A DNA stretch of 248,000 nucleotides from Rhodosorus marinus CCMP1338 (Eukaryota; Plantae; Rhodophyta). The stretch is from NCBI GenBank assembly GCA_029953675.1, contig JAMWBK010000004.1, forward strand, positions 1,012,001 to 1,260,000. Reading direction: 5' to 3'. Shown in pieces: positions 172,170 through 185,364 of this stretch (its first letter is position 1; each line of letters opens with the position of its first letter). The translations under genes and the position numbers were made by a program. The notes under the pieces were generated by a model. That model searched no databases. It was given only the letters and a program-made list of their open reading frames with translations, and was not told the DNA's origin.

Positions 172170-173210
172170 TAAGCGGACAATTGTTCTAGGTTTTAAACAA
172201 TTTTCACCTTTTCAATCATATATATGTAACCTCGGGGGGGTGATGGGCGTTCTTGACATGCGGGAAAAACTGAATCTGGACGGCAAAAAGTTCTTTATAT
172301 GGTTTTATTGTGGTACTATTTGGTGATGTATGTTTTTGGGTTAAATTGTAAAAGCCGTTATTTGTGGAATGAAGCGAGCATTTTGTGAAACTCCTGATTG
172401 GCTTAAGTAATATTGAAAATATATTGTTTTATGACAAGTTTAGGGCTGGGCCCCTTTTTGAACGAATTTTGGTTTGAGTGTCTTCTGAATGAATGGTTTA
172501 ATCGGAGGCTGACAAAAAACCCCGAGGGGAAAAAAAGACTAAGCGCGGCGAAGTACTCGCGCCTCCAACATCAAAGCGGCATTCATGCGCCACAGCAGGA
172601 AACTTAAGCGGGTAAACAACGATTGAAGACGGTCAGGGCGTTCGCGGAACAACTCCCGAAGCCAGCGAGAACCAACAGAGTCCATGAACCCAAAGCACTC
172701 AATGATCAGGGGTACCAAGCGATGTGCTAGTGCCGAAGCACGAACACCAGGGGAAGACAAAGCCCCCGCGTATTTGATCTCTTTGCGGCGTCTCATGCTG
172801 GCGGCGGCAGATCCACGGCGCTCCCCCGCAGCCGGAGTGTCTTCTAGGGTTCTTCTACGGCGCGGGGGGGTGGGAGTCGGGCGTGTCCGGTGAGGACGTG
172901 CGTTTTTTTATTGATAATGCGCTGTGTGAAGGAGTAGCTTGGTAGGAATACTTTAGTATTTCGTTTGGTATTTTTTAGAACGTTTGAGGAGGGTCCTCGG
173001 TGTTGTTCCCGGGGTTTTGCTCGCCGGGGGAGGTTTTCGATATGGGTAGCACCGGGAACGCCCTGGAGAAGTTGGTACGTTGTCTTTGAGGACGGGCTTG
173101 AGTCGATTAAATTCTCTTATCTGACTCCTTGATCTCTTTTGTGGGGCGGCTTTTGCTTTGCTTTGCTGGGCTTTTGTCGCAAAACCGCTAGCCCTTGCTT
173201 GATTGCAAGT

Positions 173211-174528
173211 ATGAGAGCCGGGCGGAATCAAAAGCCAATAGACGCAGAGCGGTGACGGGTATCGCTCTTATGTGTGCCGCGTCTGTGAGCTTCGCGGCGA
173301 TGGCTACCACAGTGCGATGGGGGTCGGCAAGTTTGTCCAGCCCGTACTTGGCGTTTACGAGAGCCCTCATGCAAGGGCTATTTGCGCTCCTGTATTGTGC
173401 GAAGTTCAGAATCAATCCCTTTGGGCCGAAGGAAGCACGTGCTGTCCTGGCGCTGCGAGGCGTTACTGGGTTTATGAATGCCACGAGCTACTACTTCACG
173501 CTTAGGTTTCTTCCGATTGGAGACGCCAACGGTAAGCACCCAGCCAGCAACACCCACACCTGCCCTGAGAAACAGCAGCTTTCTTCCATTTTTTTTGGAT
173601 AGCATTGACCTGTACTGGTCCAATTATTACAATGGTCATGGCGTCTATATTCCTTGGCGAGAGCTTTCGTTATTTCCATGTCTTCGGCGCAGCAGCGGCC
173701 TCGATTGGGGTACTTCTTGTTCCTGGCCCCAATGAAATTATTAAGAATCTTAGCAGCTCAGCAGGAGGGATGACGAGGCTCATTGGAACATGCTGCGCGC
173801 TCAGTCAAGCAGTATCCGGTAGTATGTCTTATCTTGCGATTAGGACGGTCGGCAACAAGGCGAGCTTTGCTTGTAGCGTCTTTGCGTTCAGTCTGTACGT
173901 AGCCTCTCTGATGGCAGTGGAAGGCTACATCTTGGGAACGCCCGTTTTTATGCTGCCCAGGAGCTCGAGGGAGTGGCTTGTTATCCTACTAGGCGGTTCG
174001 TTTGCACTGTTGGCTAACAGTTTGCTCTCGATGTCTCTGCAGATGGTGGAAGCGAGTAAGTCACCATTTTCCGCGTTAATACCTCTAGATATAGATTTAC
174101 TTCATTGCTCATGCCAACTTAAAAGGAATAGGGAAACTCTCGCCCATGAGTAACCGGTCGTTAGTGGACCGAACCCGTTTCTTCCGAAGGCTTGACTTTT
174201 TTAGTATATATCCGGCTAACCGTTGTGTTGCTTCGCAGGCAAATCTGGACCCGCGAGGAATCTCCAGCTGCTCTTCGCGTTCGTTTTCGGATGGCTATTC
174301 TTGGGAGAAACGCCAAAGATCGAGTCGATTATCGGATCATGTATTATTCTATCAGCAATATTGTGCATTGGGTACAAAACCCTCGAAGAGGAGAGAAACG
174401 AATATCCAGACTCTCCATCCCCGTTTCCACCTGAGACCCCAACCCAGACATGTAGCGATGTGTGTAGTAGCTACCGTGTGGCTAGCTGGAGGCGATCCAG
174501 AACATTATTCACAGAGAAATGTCCTTAG
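173211..174528 (+). CDS. EamA/DMT-family transporter, multi-exon
   Basis: LALRGVTGF..YYFTLRFLPIGDA; FTGPIIT..LGE; SMSLQMVEA; FGWLFLGETPKIESIIGSCII. Confidence 0.82.
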
Positions 174529-175399
174529 CAAATTTCTTCATTTGATACTAGTAAATGCCAACTGCAACCAACAGGTTTTTTCGGGCAACAGTATGGTATG
174601 CAGACTCACCGGCCCACTCGACTAAAAAAACAACAAACCGTAAATCTCCATCCATTCAGGTCCATCCCGAATTCATTCACCCTGTTACGGACCTGGCCTA
174701 TCCGGGAAATGGAATCAACTTGCGCGACATAACCCGACCTTCATCCCACAACATCGACTCTCCCCCCCACCCCCCTTCCCCTCCCGGACGGATCCATCTC
174801 ACGCTGACACAACACGTCAGTCCAATCCAATAAGAATCCTAGTACCCAGTACGCACACACAACTTGTCAAATATATTCTTTTGATATTAAACAATTTATT
174901 CCTTTAAGGGACGTCCAAATCTTCAACAAATAGGAAAATCGATTCAAAATAATTTGTAATTCATCACATTTGAGATAGAACCCTTGACCAATCCCATGTG
175001 GAGCCTTCCGACGAACCGGCGATGAAACGACGCGGACAGTCTGTCCTGTCCGGACGACGAAGATTTTTTTATTATTGAATAGTTTATTAAAAAATTAGCT
175101 CACCGGTTGGGAATAATTAAAAAAACGAAAAGGATGATGTGGAGACTTGTCAGATAATTGTTTTTCAAAATGAGAACAAATTCTTCTTGTATTTTGGGAA
175201 AAGGAACGTGAAATTCTGCGATTTTTTTGACATTTCTGTTTTTTTTTCTGGGATTTTGGATGTTACAGGCTGTCATGAAACTACCATTGGCCATTCGGGA
175301 TCGGGGATTTCGTGGATTGACGGAAGAAAGTAGGATTTTTTTTTTTTTGGCCGGGCGGGCGGAGGAGGAGGTTGAAGACGATGGAACCATTTGGAGACT

Positions 175400-176251
175400 C
175401 TGTCATGCTTTCTGCAGTTCAGTGAAGCGCTATGGTACTGTTTTTTGTTGACCTCTGCCATGAGTAAAGCCTCCACTGACGAAGCTTATAAAAAGGAAGA
175501 AAAACGCAACCCGATAGGGGGACATCGAGACCTCTAGCCCCCTGGACAACAGGGGGCTAGAGCTGTCCAATTGCCAAGCGCTCGGCAAGGTCAGTGTTTA
175601 TTGTACGAGCTGCTTGTCAGATCAGGTCGTGGACTGGATAAGCACCATACTCACTGCCGAGATCGTTTAGCCGCGTGTGCAGCCAGCCATAATGCCTAGC
175701 AAAGGAGTGGAAATTGCTGAGAGACAGTTGTGAAACTCAGACTGAACCTGGAGCTCTTACCTGCTCTCGTCGTCTGCTACTTGTAAAAGTTCATCATAAA
175801 AGTCTTCCGGCATTTCCACGTTGCTGAACCGAACCATCGCGTCCCAGCACAGATTTATCGCGTTCAGCTCGACGTGAGCTAGCGAATGCAAATATAATAA
175901 TATTGCGGAGCCTTCGGCTTCCTTTGGTTTCGGCATTTCGGGTGGGTCCAGTACAGCTGGCCGCTCGATTCTAGCCCACGATTCAGGTGCTTCAGCTGGG
176001 GCCAATCCACGAACACGCAGATTCCCGCCCATAAACAGCTTTCTAGCCTCATGAGTCAATACTTTCTTCTGCCAGGGCTCTTTCTCTGTCAAAACAGCCC
176101 TGCCATACTCAAGCAAGGACTCCAAGTATACACGGCTCGTACTCAACGCTTTTCTCCCTCCGTTCCTACTTAAACAAATACGAGCACAAAAAGCAAGCCC
176201 CATACCCGCTGAAAACGCCTCAAGCTTGAACTGACTACTGCTCAGCTCCAA
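175400..176251 (-). pseudogene. Ferritin-like DUF455 pseudogene
   Basis: LHSLAHVELNAINLCWD..DESRH; the next exon has in-frame stops (LI*QAA, GQL*P) before GARGLD. Confidence 0.7.
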
Positions 176252-176389
176252 ACGGTTGTTATCCCAATCGAACGATCACACCGCGCTTTTCTACCTGAGA
176301 ATCTTCGGTGCTACTAATCTTGCACTCGACTAAGCGCCACTGCCACTAGTAAAGTCCAGTAGACACCAGTCCAGTAAAGCCATTCAGCA

Positions 176390-178512
176390 CCTACCCGACA
176401 GCATGCTGCAATCGGCCTGCTTGCTTTCCGGCTTTTGTGCCGGTCCCAGACTCAACTACTGGTTGCGCAGCCTGCCTCCAGCTTGGGGCTCGTGGATCGC
176501 GGCTAAAGCCGACGAGATGACCCTGCAAAACTGGGGAACGCTCTTGGATGAGCTCCTCGATCTTGAAGCTGCTCCCGACAGGGACTTGATTCGTGCACAG
176601 ATCGCTCTACCGTTGCGATTAGGGGGATTCGGCGTCGCAGACCGTGGGCTGGTATGCTCGCGAGCGGCGGTTGCCTCCTGGGCTACCGCGCTGCGAACGT
176701 TGGTGACCTTCCAGATGCGAAGTGCCTGCCTCTTGGCTCGAGCTTTGACCAACGAGGATCCAGTGACCCTGCCGCCCCCGCTTTTGACAATTTATGATGG
176801 TCTTCAACACGCGTTCAGGAGGTGCTACGCCGTGCCGGACGCAAATCGGTCCCGCTTTCGTTCCTGGAGGGAGCTGATATGGGGACGAGCTGAAGCGTTT
176901 GAGGATTCTCCCCTCGACCGAGTTCTTGCCGATGACGGAGAGGCTAGCCCCGGGTCACCTGTTGCAGACTACCCGGGTTTGAGCCGATTGTGGAGCTCCT
177001 GCACTGATGTGATTCAACATAGCCTCACCTGTGGCCAACACAGTGCCGCTCACACAGTCATGCTCAATTCTCCTTTCACGCCGCCTACCACTGCCGCTCG
177101 TCTCCGCGGCATGGCAGGCCACCTCTCTCACTTGTGGTTAACCACTCTACCGTCGTCATTGAGTCATCGTCTCGATGCTTTCCAGTTCCGTTCTGCCGCA
177201 CGGATCTATCTCGGTTTGCCACAGGCTCCGTGGCACTCTAATCGGCCGTCTTTCTGTCAGGGATGTGAGAGCCGGATTGACGCTTGTGGCTACCACTTCC
177301 TGGGTTCCTGCGGACTGTTGAAAGGTCTCCGTACGAGGCGTCACACTCGCCTCAAGTACATCCTCAGCGAATTTTTGACTCGGATAGGGCATACGGTTGA
177401 GGTTGAGTCGGAACTGCCCAGATCAATCTCGGACTCTGCACCGCCCCGTTGTATAGCCGATCTCCTCGTCTCCGACGCTGCTGCCAGACGCTCAACATAT
177501 GTGGACCTTGCGATTACCTGCCCCGTGGCCAGCGCCCACCTCACCGCAGCCGCCCGCCGCCGGGGGGCCGCGGCTTCAGCCCTTCGAAGAGTTAAGGAAC
177601 GACGGTATGCTGAGAGCATGGCCAGTCTGCCTTGCGCTGAGGGTCGCTCTCACCGGTTCCAGCCATTCATTGTGGAAAGCTTTGGTCACGTCGATATGTC
177701 GGGTTTAGAGTGGTTGCGGAAATGTTTTGCTGAGCATCCTACGGAATATTTGGCGCTCTTGAGGCGTTTAAGTGTCTCCCTTTGGCGATATTCCAGCGAC
177801 ATGCTTTCCGAGGCGCGCCATCGGCGCCTGGGGTTGTATGCTTCCCTGCCTAGTTATTAGTTCATCTTCACGCCTTGCGTAGCGCTTCAGGCTATGCTAG
177901 TAAAGTCCAGTAAAGTCCAGTAAAGTCCACTGAATGAGCACATTTTGTTAGCTTTTTACTCACTGTAGCGAAATTTTGGTGTGCATTTTTTGCTGGAATG
178001 GCGCATTCGTTGAGCATCCGGTAAATTCTGGATTTAGATTGGTGAAAATATACACAAAATGGACGTTGGGATTTGTTGGGCTTTACTGGACTTTACTGGA
178101 TTTTACTAGCATAGCCTGAAGCGCTACGCAAGGCGTGAAGATGAACTAATAACTAGGGAGGGAAGCATACAACCCCAGGCGCCGATGGCGCGCCTCGGAA
178201 AGCATGTCGCTGGAATATCGCCAAAGGGAGACACTTAAACGCCTCAAGAGCGCCAAATATTCCGTAGGATGCTCAGCAAAACATTTCCGCAACCACTCTA
178301 AACCCGACATATCGACGTGACCAAAGCTTTCCACAATGAATGGCTGGAACCGGTGAGAGCGACCCTCAGCGCAAGGCAGACTGGCCATGCTCTCAGCATA
178401 CCGTCGTTCCTTAACTCTTCGAAGGGCTGAAGCCGCGGCCCCCCGGCGGCGGGCGGCTGCGGTGAGGTGGGCGCTGGCCACGGGGCAGGTAATCGCAAGG
178501 TCCACATATGTG
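176390..178512. mobile_element. Young CRE family B copy with an inverted duplication of its 3' end
   Basis: ORF 176403..177860 (plus) and an identical C-terminus at 178146..178529 (minus). Confidence 0.92.
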
Positions 178513-179319
178513 CTAGGATTTGTTTGCATCGATCGAAGTGAAATTTGGAGACAGATTCTATGCCCCTAAGATTAGTTTGATAAGCGACGCCGCTTGAGCT
178601 CCTTTCTCTTCGTTCTCTTCCTTCCCAAAGCCTGCTTCGTGAAGGTCCGCCAGTTTTTGTCTTTCAGTAATGCTGGCTCTCCGGTACTTGTAGTCGTCGG
178701 GCCCCGTCAGCTTGAACCATCTCAGGAAACATGTGACAGAATCCATACTCTTTGCTTTGTTTTCATCATCAGGCAAATTCTGGATTTAGATTTTGTTTTA
178801 TATCACAAAATGCATATTGGGAGTCTTTTCATACATCGAAGTGAAAACAGGGTACAGAGCCTGTATACTATATGAAGAGAATCTAGTGCAAGCGCTACGT
178901 AGGGTGTAAAAAGGAACTAGGAACTAGGGAAAAGCGTGCAACCCCGGGCGGCGCGGTGGCGCGAACTCAGTGAGCATGCTGCTAGAATATCGCCAAGGAG
179001 CGAAGCTTTATCTGCGTAGGAGTCTGAGACCTTCAACAAGGGTCAGTAAAAACATTTCCGCACTCACTCCAATCTTGACTGTTCCAGATGCCCAAAGCCT
179101 TCCACAATGCAAATCTGGAACCTTTGGGAACGGCCCTCTGCCCAGAGGGGACAGTCCATGCTCTCTGCACACTGTCGTTCCTTCGCCCTGCGTAGCATTT
179201 CAGGCCACGTACATAAGATAAAGCAACTCCTGTGCAGGTATGGTCAGGCAATTTTGTCATTTCCCATCACCCGATTCAAAAAAATTTGGTGCAAGTTATT
179301 TATTCAAGTATGCTCATAA

Positions 179320-180729
179320 CTAGTTCCGTATAATCCCAGCAATGTCACCATATAGTCCCAATATTAGGGCCGTCAGTCCAAACATGATTATTACCACGCT
179401 AAGTGCGGTGAAAAGATGCTCCTTTCCCTTTCTCTCTCTAGCAAACGCATAAATATCAATACCCGCAGGCCAAAGCATCATGGTCTGAGAGGCAATCAGA
179501 GAAGAAATAAGAGCTAGATAGATCTTAAAAGATGGAATTACAGTATTCACAAGGGTTTCTAGCACAACCACGATGAGGGCCCATAAAAACCACCACAGCA
179601 ATGCCGCAGGTTTCAAACTCGTCAGTTTTGCAACCTTGTATGGACCGTTGTCTTTGCCAAAAACAATTCGTTTAACAAACGGTTCAGCAGCCCTCTGGAC
179701 CCCAGAAATCAGCACTTGACCCGTCACAATTATCGCAATCGCTGCGTGTATAACAACACAAACATCGGCTACGATCGCAGCTGCTCCTGGCTGAAGCGAG
179801 TTCGTGAATGGAGATACCAGCCACGTCGCATCTCCCGCAAGCCCGTACACTACAGAGCCAGTAGTCGCGTAGAACAGGTACGCAAAGGTCTGAGAAAAGA
179901 CCAACGAGTATGGAAAATTCTTAATAAACTTCATCGCGCTCATAATCTCGAGGAATACGACCGCACCGGCAAACGCGTACAGAATATCCATTGCAGCGAT
180001 TACGCAATCTGATGTTCCATAATACGAAAACAGTACTCGTTGCCCGACCGGATACGCTACTGGATCCTTCACCATGCTCGCAATCACGAAGAAGGAAATT
180101 ACAACTGGAATAATGATAGTCGCAATGGCGATGACAGAAGTGAACGCCATTGCCTTGAAGCTCCTGAGCTGCAATACAACAAGAGAGACGAATCCAGCGA
180201 TGACCATCCACTCTGTGAGAGATACGGTGGATCCGCTGAAAAGTGCACTCCATGCTTGAGCCTGTGTGTAGCTGAACGCGGCGGAGTACAAGAATAGGAG
180301 TGGATATGTGTTGAATCGAGCAAAAACCAACCCCTTCTTCCCAAAGGCACCGTTGAACAATTCCGGGTACGAATGCACTCCTTCGTACTTCTGGTATCGC
180401 AAGCGCCAAAGAAGGAAACCCGCACACATCGAGAGCACCCAGCACAGCAAAAGAGTAAGATGTCCTGGTATCCATCCTAGAGTCGCGAAAGCGTTTGGAA
180501 TGCTCAACACTCCCGTACCAACCATATCCACGACCAGCAAAAACATTGCAAGTGCAACACTCAGATTCTCGCAGGTATCATCTACGGCGTCTCCGCTCTC
180601 GATGTCTTTCCTATGTTCCACTGCTTCCTTCAAGTCATTAAGCGAGTCATCGGTGACACTGGCCACGTCCACAACGACGGCGCTCTTGAAGGTACACTCC
180701 TCACCAAGCCTAGAATCAACTGATGCCAT
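179320..180729 (-). CDS. Amino-acid permease (AAAP), copy 2
   Basis: Paralog of copy 1. Confidence 0.92.
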   Translation of the reverse strand: MASVDSRLGEECTFKSAVVVDVASVTDDSLNDLKEAVEHRKDIESGDAVDDTCENLSVALAMFLLVVDMVGTGVLSIPNAFATLGWIPGHLTLLLCWVLSMCAGFLLWRLRYQKYEGVHSYPELFNGAFGKKGLVFARFNTYPLLFLYSAAFSYTQAQAWSALFSGSTVSLTEWMVIAGFVSLVVLQLRSFKAMAFTSVIAIATIIIPVVISFFVIASMVKDPVAYPVGQRVLFSYYGTSDCVIAAMDILYAFAGAVVFLEIMSAMKFIKNFPYSLVFSQTFAYLFYATTGSVVYGLAGDATWLVSPFTNSLQPGAAAIVADVCVVIHAAIAIIVTGQVLISGVQRAAEPFVKRIVFGKDNGPYKVAKLTSLKPAALLWWFLWALIVVVLETLVNTVIPSFKIYLALISSLIASQTMMLWPAGIDIYAFARERKGKEHLFTALSVVIIMFGLTALILGLYGDIAGIIRN

Positions 180730-183700
180730 TTTTCTGCACTATTTTCATTCACAATATTTCTCAGTTACTGATGACGTCCTAAACAGGAGGCCAGACTTCA
180801 ACGCTGATGAGGTGTGACTATAAATCCTCTTCGTGAGAAGTTCGCATAGCATGTTCCTTGCCGAGTTCACCGTTGTGTCCATGTAGAGAATAGCTGATTG
180901 GATCTATCGCAAGCCTACGAAATCCCGAAATAGCACAAAAGTACTCATAGCTCTCCGGGAAGGAGCGCAAAGCGATCAGCTCATTGCGAGCGCTCACTGC
181001 CGCGAGCTAAGCGCATATTGATTGAACATGTGTGTCTTGTCCACTGGACTGGACTTTACTTTCTTGTCCACCGAGTCCATATCTTTATAAATCGATGGGG
181101 TTTCTCGAGAAGGTGAGTGGACTGCTAACTATTTCAGCAGACAATAGTCCATACCTAGCCATTTCCTCTGCTCTGTATGTTTTGAACTTGGGAACTCGAG
181201 AAACTCCTTCAAACCCCGCCTTCAATGCTGCACAAGTCCAGTTCTTCTTCTCCTAACTTGTTTCTACTATTATGGAGCAGATCATTTAGTCTGACATACA
181301 ACTTCTTGCTGGAGTTATCAGGCATGCAGGATCTAGCACCACGTTGTGTATCCAGGGGGGTACTTCAATTGTTGTGCCCGAACCCCTTCGTTTCGGAGGT
181401 TGTTTGTGAAGTATCCACAGCTAGTAACCCAAGACAAGGGCAGTCGAAGTGCAGCAAAAAAAACGATCATAATATTACTGTAAACGATACGCCCAATCAG
181501 AATAGTATTGTCAACTGCATTCCCATTCAAAACCAAACCTTCTCGCAGTCCACGCCAGTCCAAAAATATATACTAGACAAAATGCTCGTTTTCTCCGAGG
181601 AATGGTTTCTATTCGTAGAAAGGACCCGGGGAGAAATCAACAATGCCCCGAAGGCGATATCCTAGGCAACATCATAGCTGAAGTAGACTACCACCGCCTT
181701 TGTTTGCAGGTTTTACTGCCTCATATCTAGATCAGATTACTCCCACGCGGTCCGATTAAGTCTGAGTTACTACAACCACTACCACCTCCCGAGGGAGAAA
181801 AAAAAAATCGCGTCCCCTCAAACGTTGAAAAAGCGTTTATACGCCGCATGAGAATTCGGTTAAACGGCGAGGAGAGCGAGTCGAGGCTCTCACGGAACAT
181901 TTCGCAGTGCATATCTCTTGGTGTTAAAGCGCACGAAGAGTACCAGTGATGCACTGCGGTACGCAACTAACTGCTGAATAAAGTTTTCCTGCTAGAGCGC
182001 ACAAATAGTGCTCGTTGTTCGCTGCCCTGGGTAGCTGCTGAATAAAGGGTTGAACAGATCTGACTAGTTAATGGATATAACACGAGCTGTCAGCCTCTCC
182101 AAAAGAGAGCAAAGAGGTATCAGCCCCTCCTAAACAAGTCAAAGAGCTGTCAACGAGCAGCTAGGCAAACCCACCACCAACCGAGAAAAGTCCTGAATTT
182201 TTCTCCGTTCACGCTCGGAGAATTACTCGAAATACGATACGACGACAATGTCCCTTTTCACGCGAATATTGTTTTGCGCAACTTTTAAAGCAGTAGCTTA
182301 AAATAGTATGACGGGCCCAAGGGGAAAGGAACAACTGGAGAAAAACTTCAATACCGCGGCATCTATAAAAGTACTCTGAAACGGCAAAATATGCGATTAA
182401 GACCCTTTCTTTTTCACGAGCATTGTTTTTTAACAAAATTTGCTGTGGGAGCTTAAAATAGCTTTTTTCTAATTGATCCAGGAGAATGGGGCAATGAGGC
182501 ATGCCCCATTAAAGGGGCCAGCCGCATTACTACGGAAAAGCTGTCGATGGGTCACCCTCTCTTTTTAAGTTTACTTAATACATGTGGAAAGGCTGTCCCA
182601 GTTCTATACGCCCCCATACTACAAAATACAATATATTGAGCTTATTCTTACAAGGAAAAAAAGCTTTGATTGCAGGTTGCCAATTGAACTATTAAACTGA
182701 AACGTATTAGACTGGCAATAGGTAACTAAACCAATTCGTTTCATCCGGTATGGCGGTACTTATTTTAACGGGTTCGAGGGAACTTGTGCCTTATCGGATG
182801 GGATATGCGGGGCCTTTGTCTCCCCCAGGCATTCGTGCTTCGGCTCTAGCTCCTCGCCCGGTACCTCTGGTCATTGAGTGCTTTGGGTTTCTGGATTCGG
182901 TTGGTTCTCGCTGGCTTCGGGAAGTATTCCGCGAACGCCCTGACCGTTCTGTCCTCGTTGTTTACTCGTTTAAGTTTCTTGCTGTGGCGTATGAACGCTT
183001 TGATTCTGGAGGGCGCGATCTTCGCCGCGTTTAGTCTTTTTTTCCCCTCGGGGTTTTTTCTTCCGTCTCCGATTACACAGATTCATTCATCGGATGGGCA
183101 AAACGGTTCAAATCAGTATCTCAACGAGCATAGAGCGTGCCCTATTACCGTTCCAATACATTTCAGCCGAATAATTTATTTGATAATAGGGCACGCCCTA
183201 TGCGGATGGCGGTAACTGATTTCAAAGGTCCCGCCTAAAGTTGTGCCCTATGATATGGACCAATGGTCGATTTCGACAGGCTTAAGCTTTGATACCTTAT
183301 ACGTGCCTTGATACCTTACACGTGCCTTGATACCTTATACGTGCCCTATGGAGCACTATCGCCCATGGCAAGCTGTCTTCGTTGTGAAACACATAGAGCA
183401 GCTGAGGGGCTGTTGCATGGATTGCATAGGTCTCGAGCTGTTAAGACTGCTTCTGTTGGATTTTTTAAGGGCGTAAGAACAAAGAACACTGAATATGGTC
183501 TAGCAAGAGTGATTTGGCGGAGGCGTATCCGTTTAGCGGTTTTGAATCAGACGTTTATCTTCTTGTCAACTACTCGTTGATCAAGCGAAGAGCTCTTCGT
183601 GTTTGGAGAGCTGAGATGTACTGTGCTTGTTGGGCGCGTTACTTCTTGCAGTCGGTGTGAACCAGGAGACTTGCGGCTGAGGGCTTTCCTGGATAAGCCG

Positions 183701-185364
183701 CTTTTGGGGGGGTTATGTGTGGCTGTGGCTTGCCCCATTAACCATGTGGAGCATCTTTCGCGCTGCTTTCTGTTGCGGAGCATCTCTTCTAATGCGCTGT
183801 TTGTCTTCGTTTTCATGATCTCGGGCCTTTTGTCTTTGAGTACACGATGATGATGTTATAATACTACAGCATGCTTTTTTTTGAACATTGACTTCTCCAG
183901 TCTGGTCCTTTGATTCCTCGAATTCTTTCAAGATCTGTTCTTTCTCAGTCTCAGATTAATCAAATTCATTCAATCACGGATTTGCGAGGCTTACAATTAG
184001 AATTTATTTCATTGTAGTAAAGTGTCACCCTATTATAATCGGAAAATCTCAGAATTTTGACTACCATATATTATTATTTGGAATTTTAAAGCGTATTCAA
184101 TCTTTATAAGTGCGCATATTGAGGAGACGTATAAATTGAGTTATGGATCATATAGATTGGTTTGGGGGTATATTTTTTAATTCGTTGTTTATCTAGAAGG
184201 TAAGCTGTCCAAAACATGCTCGCTTTTAGTCGATCAAGAACCCTCTTTCACTCCCTCTCCGATTAAACCATTCGTTCTTTCCGGGAAGGGTCCTTACTGG
184301 AGCAGGGCAAATTCCGCGCATGGCGAACGCTTTGTGATGCGCACTTGAGCCCGTTGAAAAGCTGGTTCTACCCTGAACTCATGATGTTGTTAATGCCTAT
184401 GATTCTGTACAAGGTGTTAATGGAAAACAGGGCTGGGTCAAGCACCTACAACTGCTAGATTGTGGTGCGTTCGTTGAAGAGCGAAAGAGAGAAAGAGAGA
184501 GTGGGGCTGGATAAGTCCCTAGCCTCTGCATTAGCCGATTTGAAGACGTTTGAAAATTTCGAAGGACATTTTGTCTTACGCTTGGTTTGGCCAACTGTAA
184601 TGCACATAGTTTAATGCTCTGCTTCTCACCGCCTGAAAGGTGAATGCTTAAATGCTCGATGTAGAGGGCGATGCTTTCAAACAGCGGTACTGAGCTGGCA
184701 ATCAATGTTGCCCCAGCGCGGCTCCAGTCTACCACGTCACGCATCGATGACTGAAATCTTGTGCTGCGGTGCTGTACATGCTCGATAGATTTCAGCAGTA
184801 TGTGATATTGCGATTAGCTAAGCAAACTGTACTGTCCTCCCCTTCTATCGAACCATACTCACAACGAGCTGGTAGTGGTGGTGGTTTTACTTGCATAGAG
184901 TTCAGCGCTACGCAGGGCGTGGTTTAAACTAGGAACGAGGAACGAGGAACGAGGAACGAAATTGTGCAAGCAAAGGCGACGGTACAGAGCCTCGGCTAAC
185001 GTCTAGAATATCGCCATAGGCGACTCTGAACCGGCGATAAGGACAAAATACTGGGCGGGAAGGTCAGTGAAACATTTACGAAGCCATTCTAAACTTGGAT
185101 TTTCAAGGTGACCAAAGCTTTCCACGATGAAACGCTAAAACCTTTGGGCCCTGCCCTCAGGGGGAAATTGGCCTTCCTTTCCCAGCGTATCGACACTCCT
185201 TATCTCGGCGGGCATAGCAGCTGCTGCAACCTGGCATAGCGCAGCAGACCGGAGATTGATATTTTGCACTGGGCAAGTGACGGCGAGGTCATCATATTCA
185301 CAGTGTGGGTCGCACTATCCAAAAATATTAGTCCAACGGATTTATTCGGAAAGTGTACTAATAG

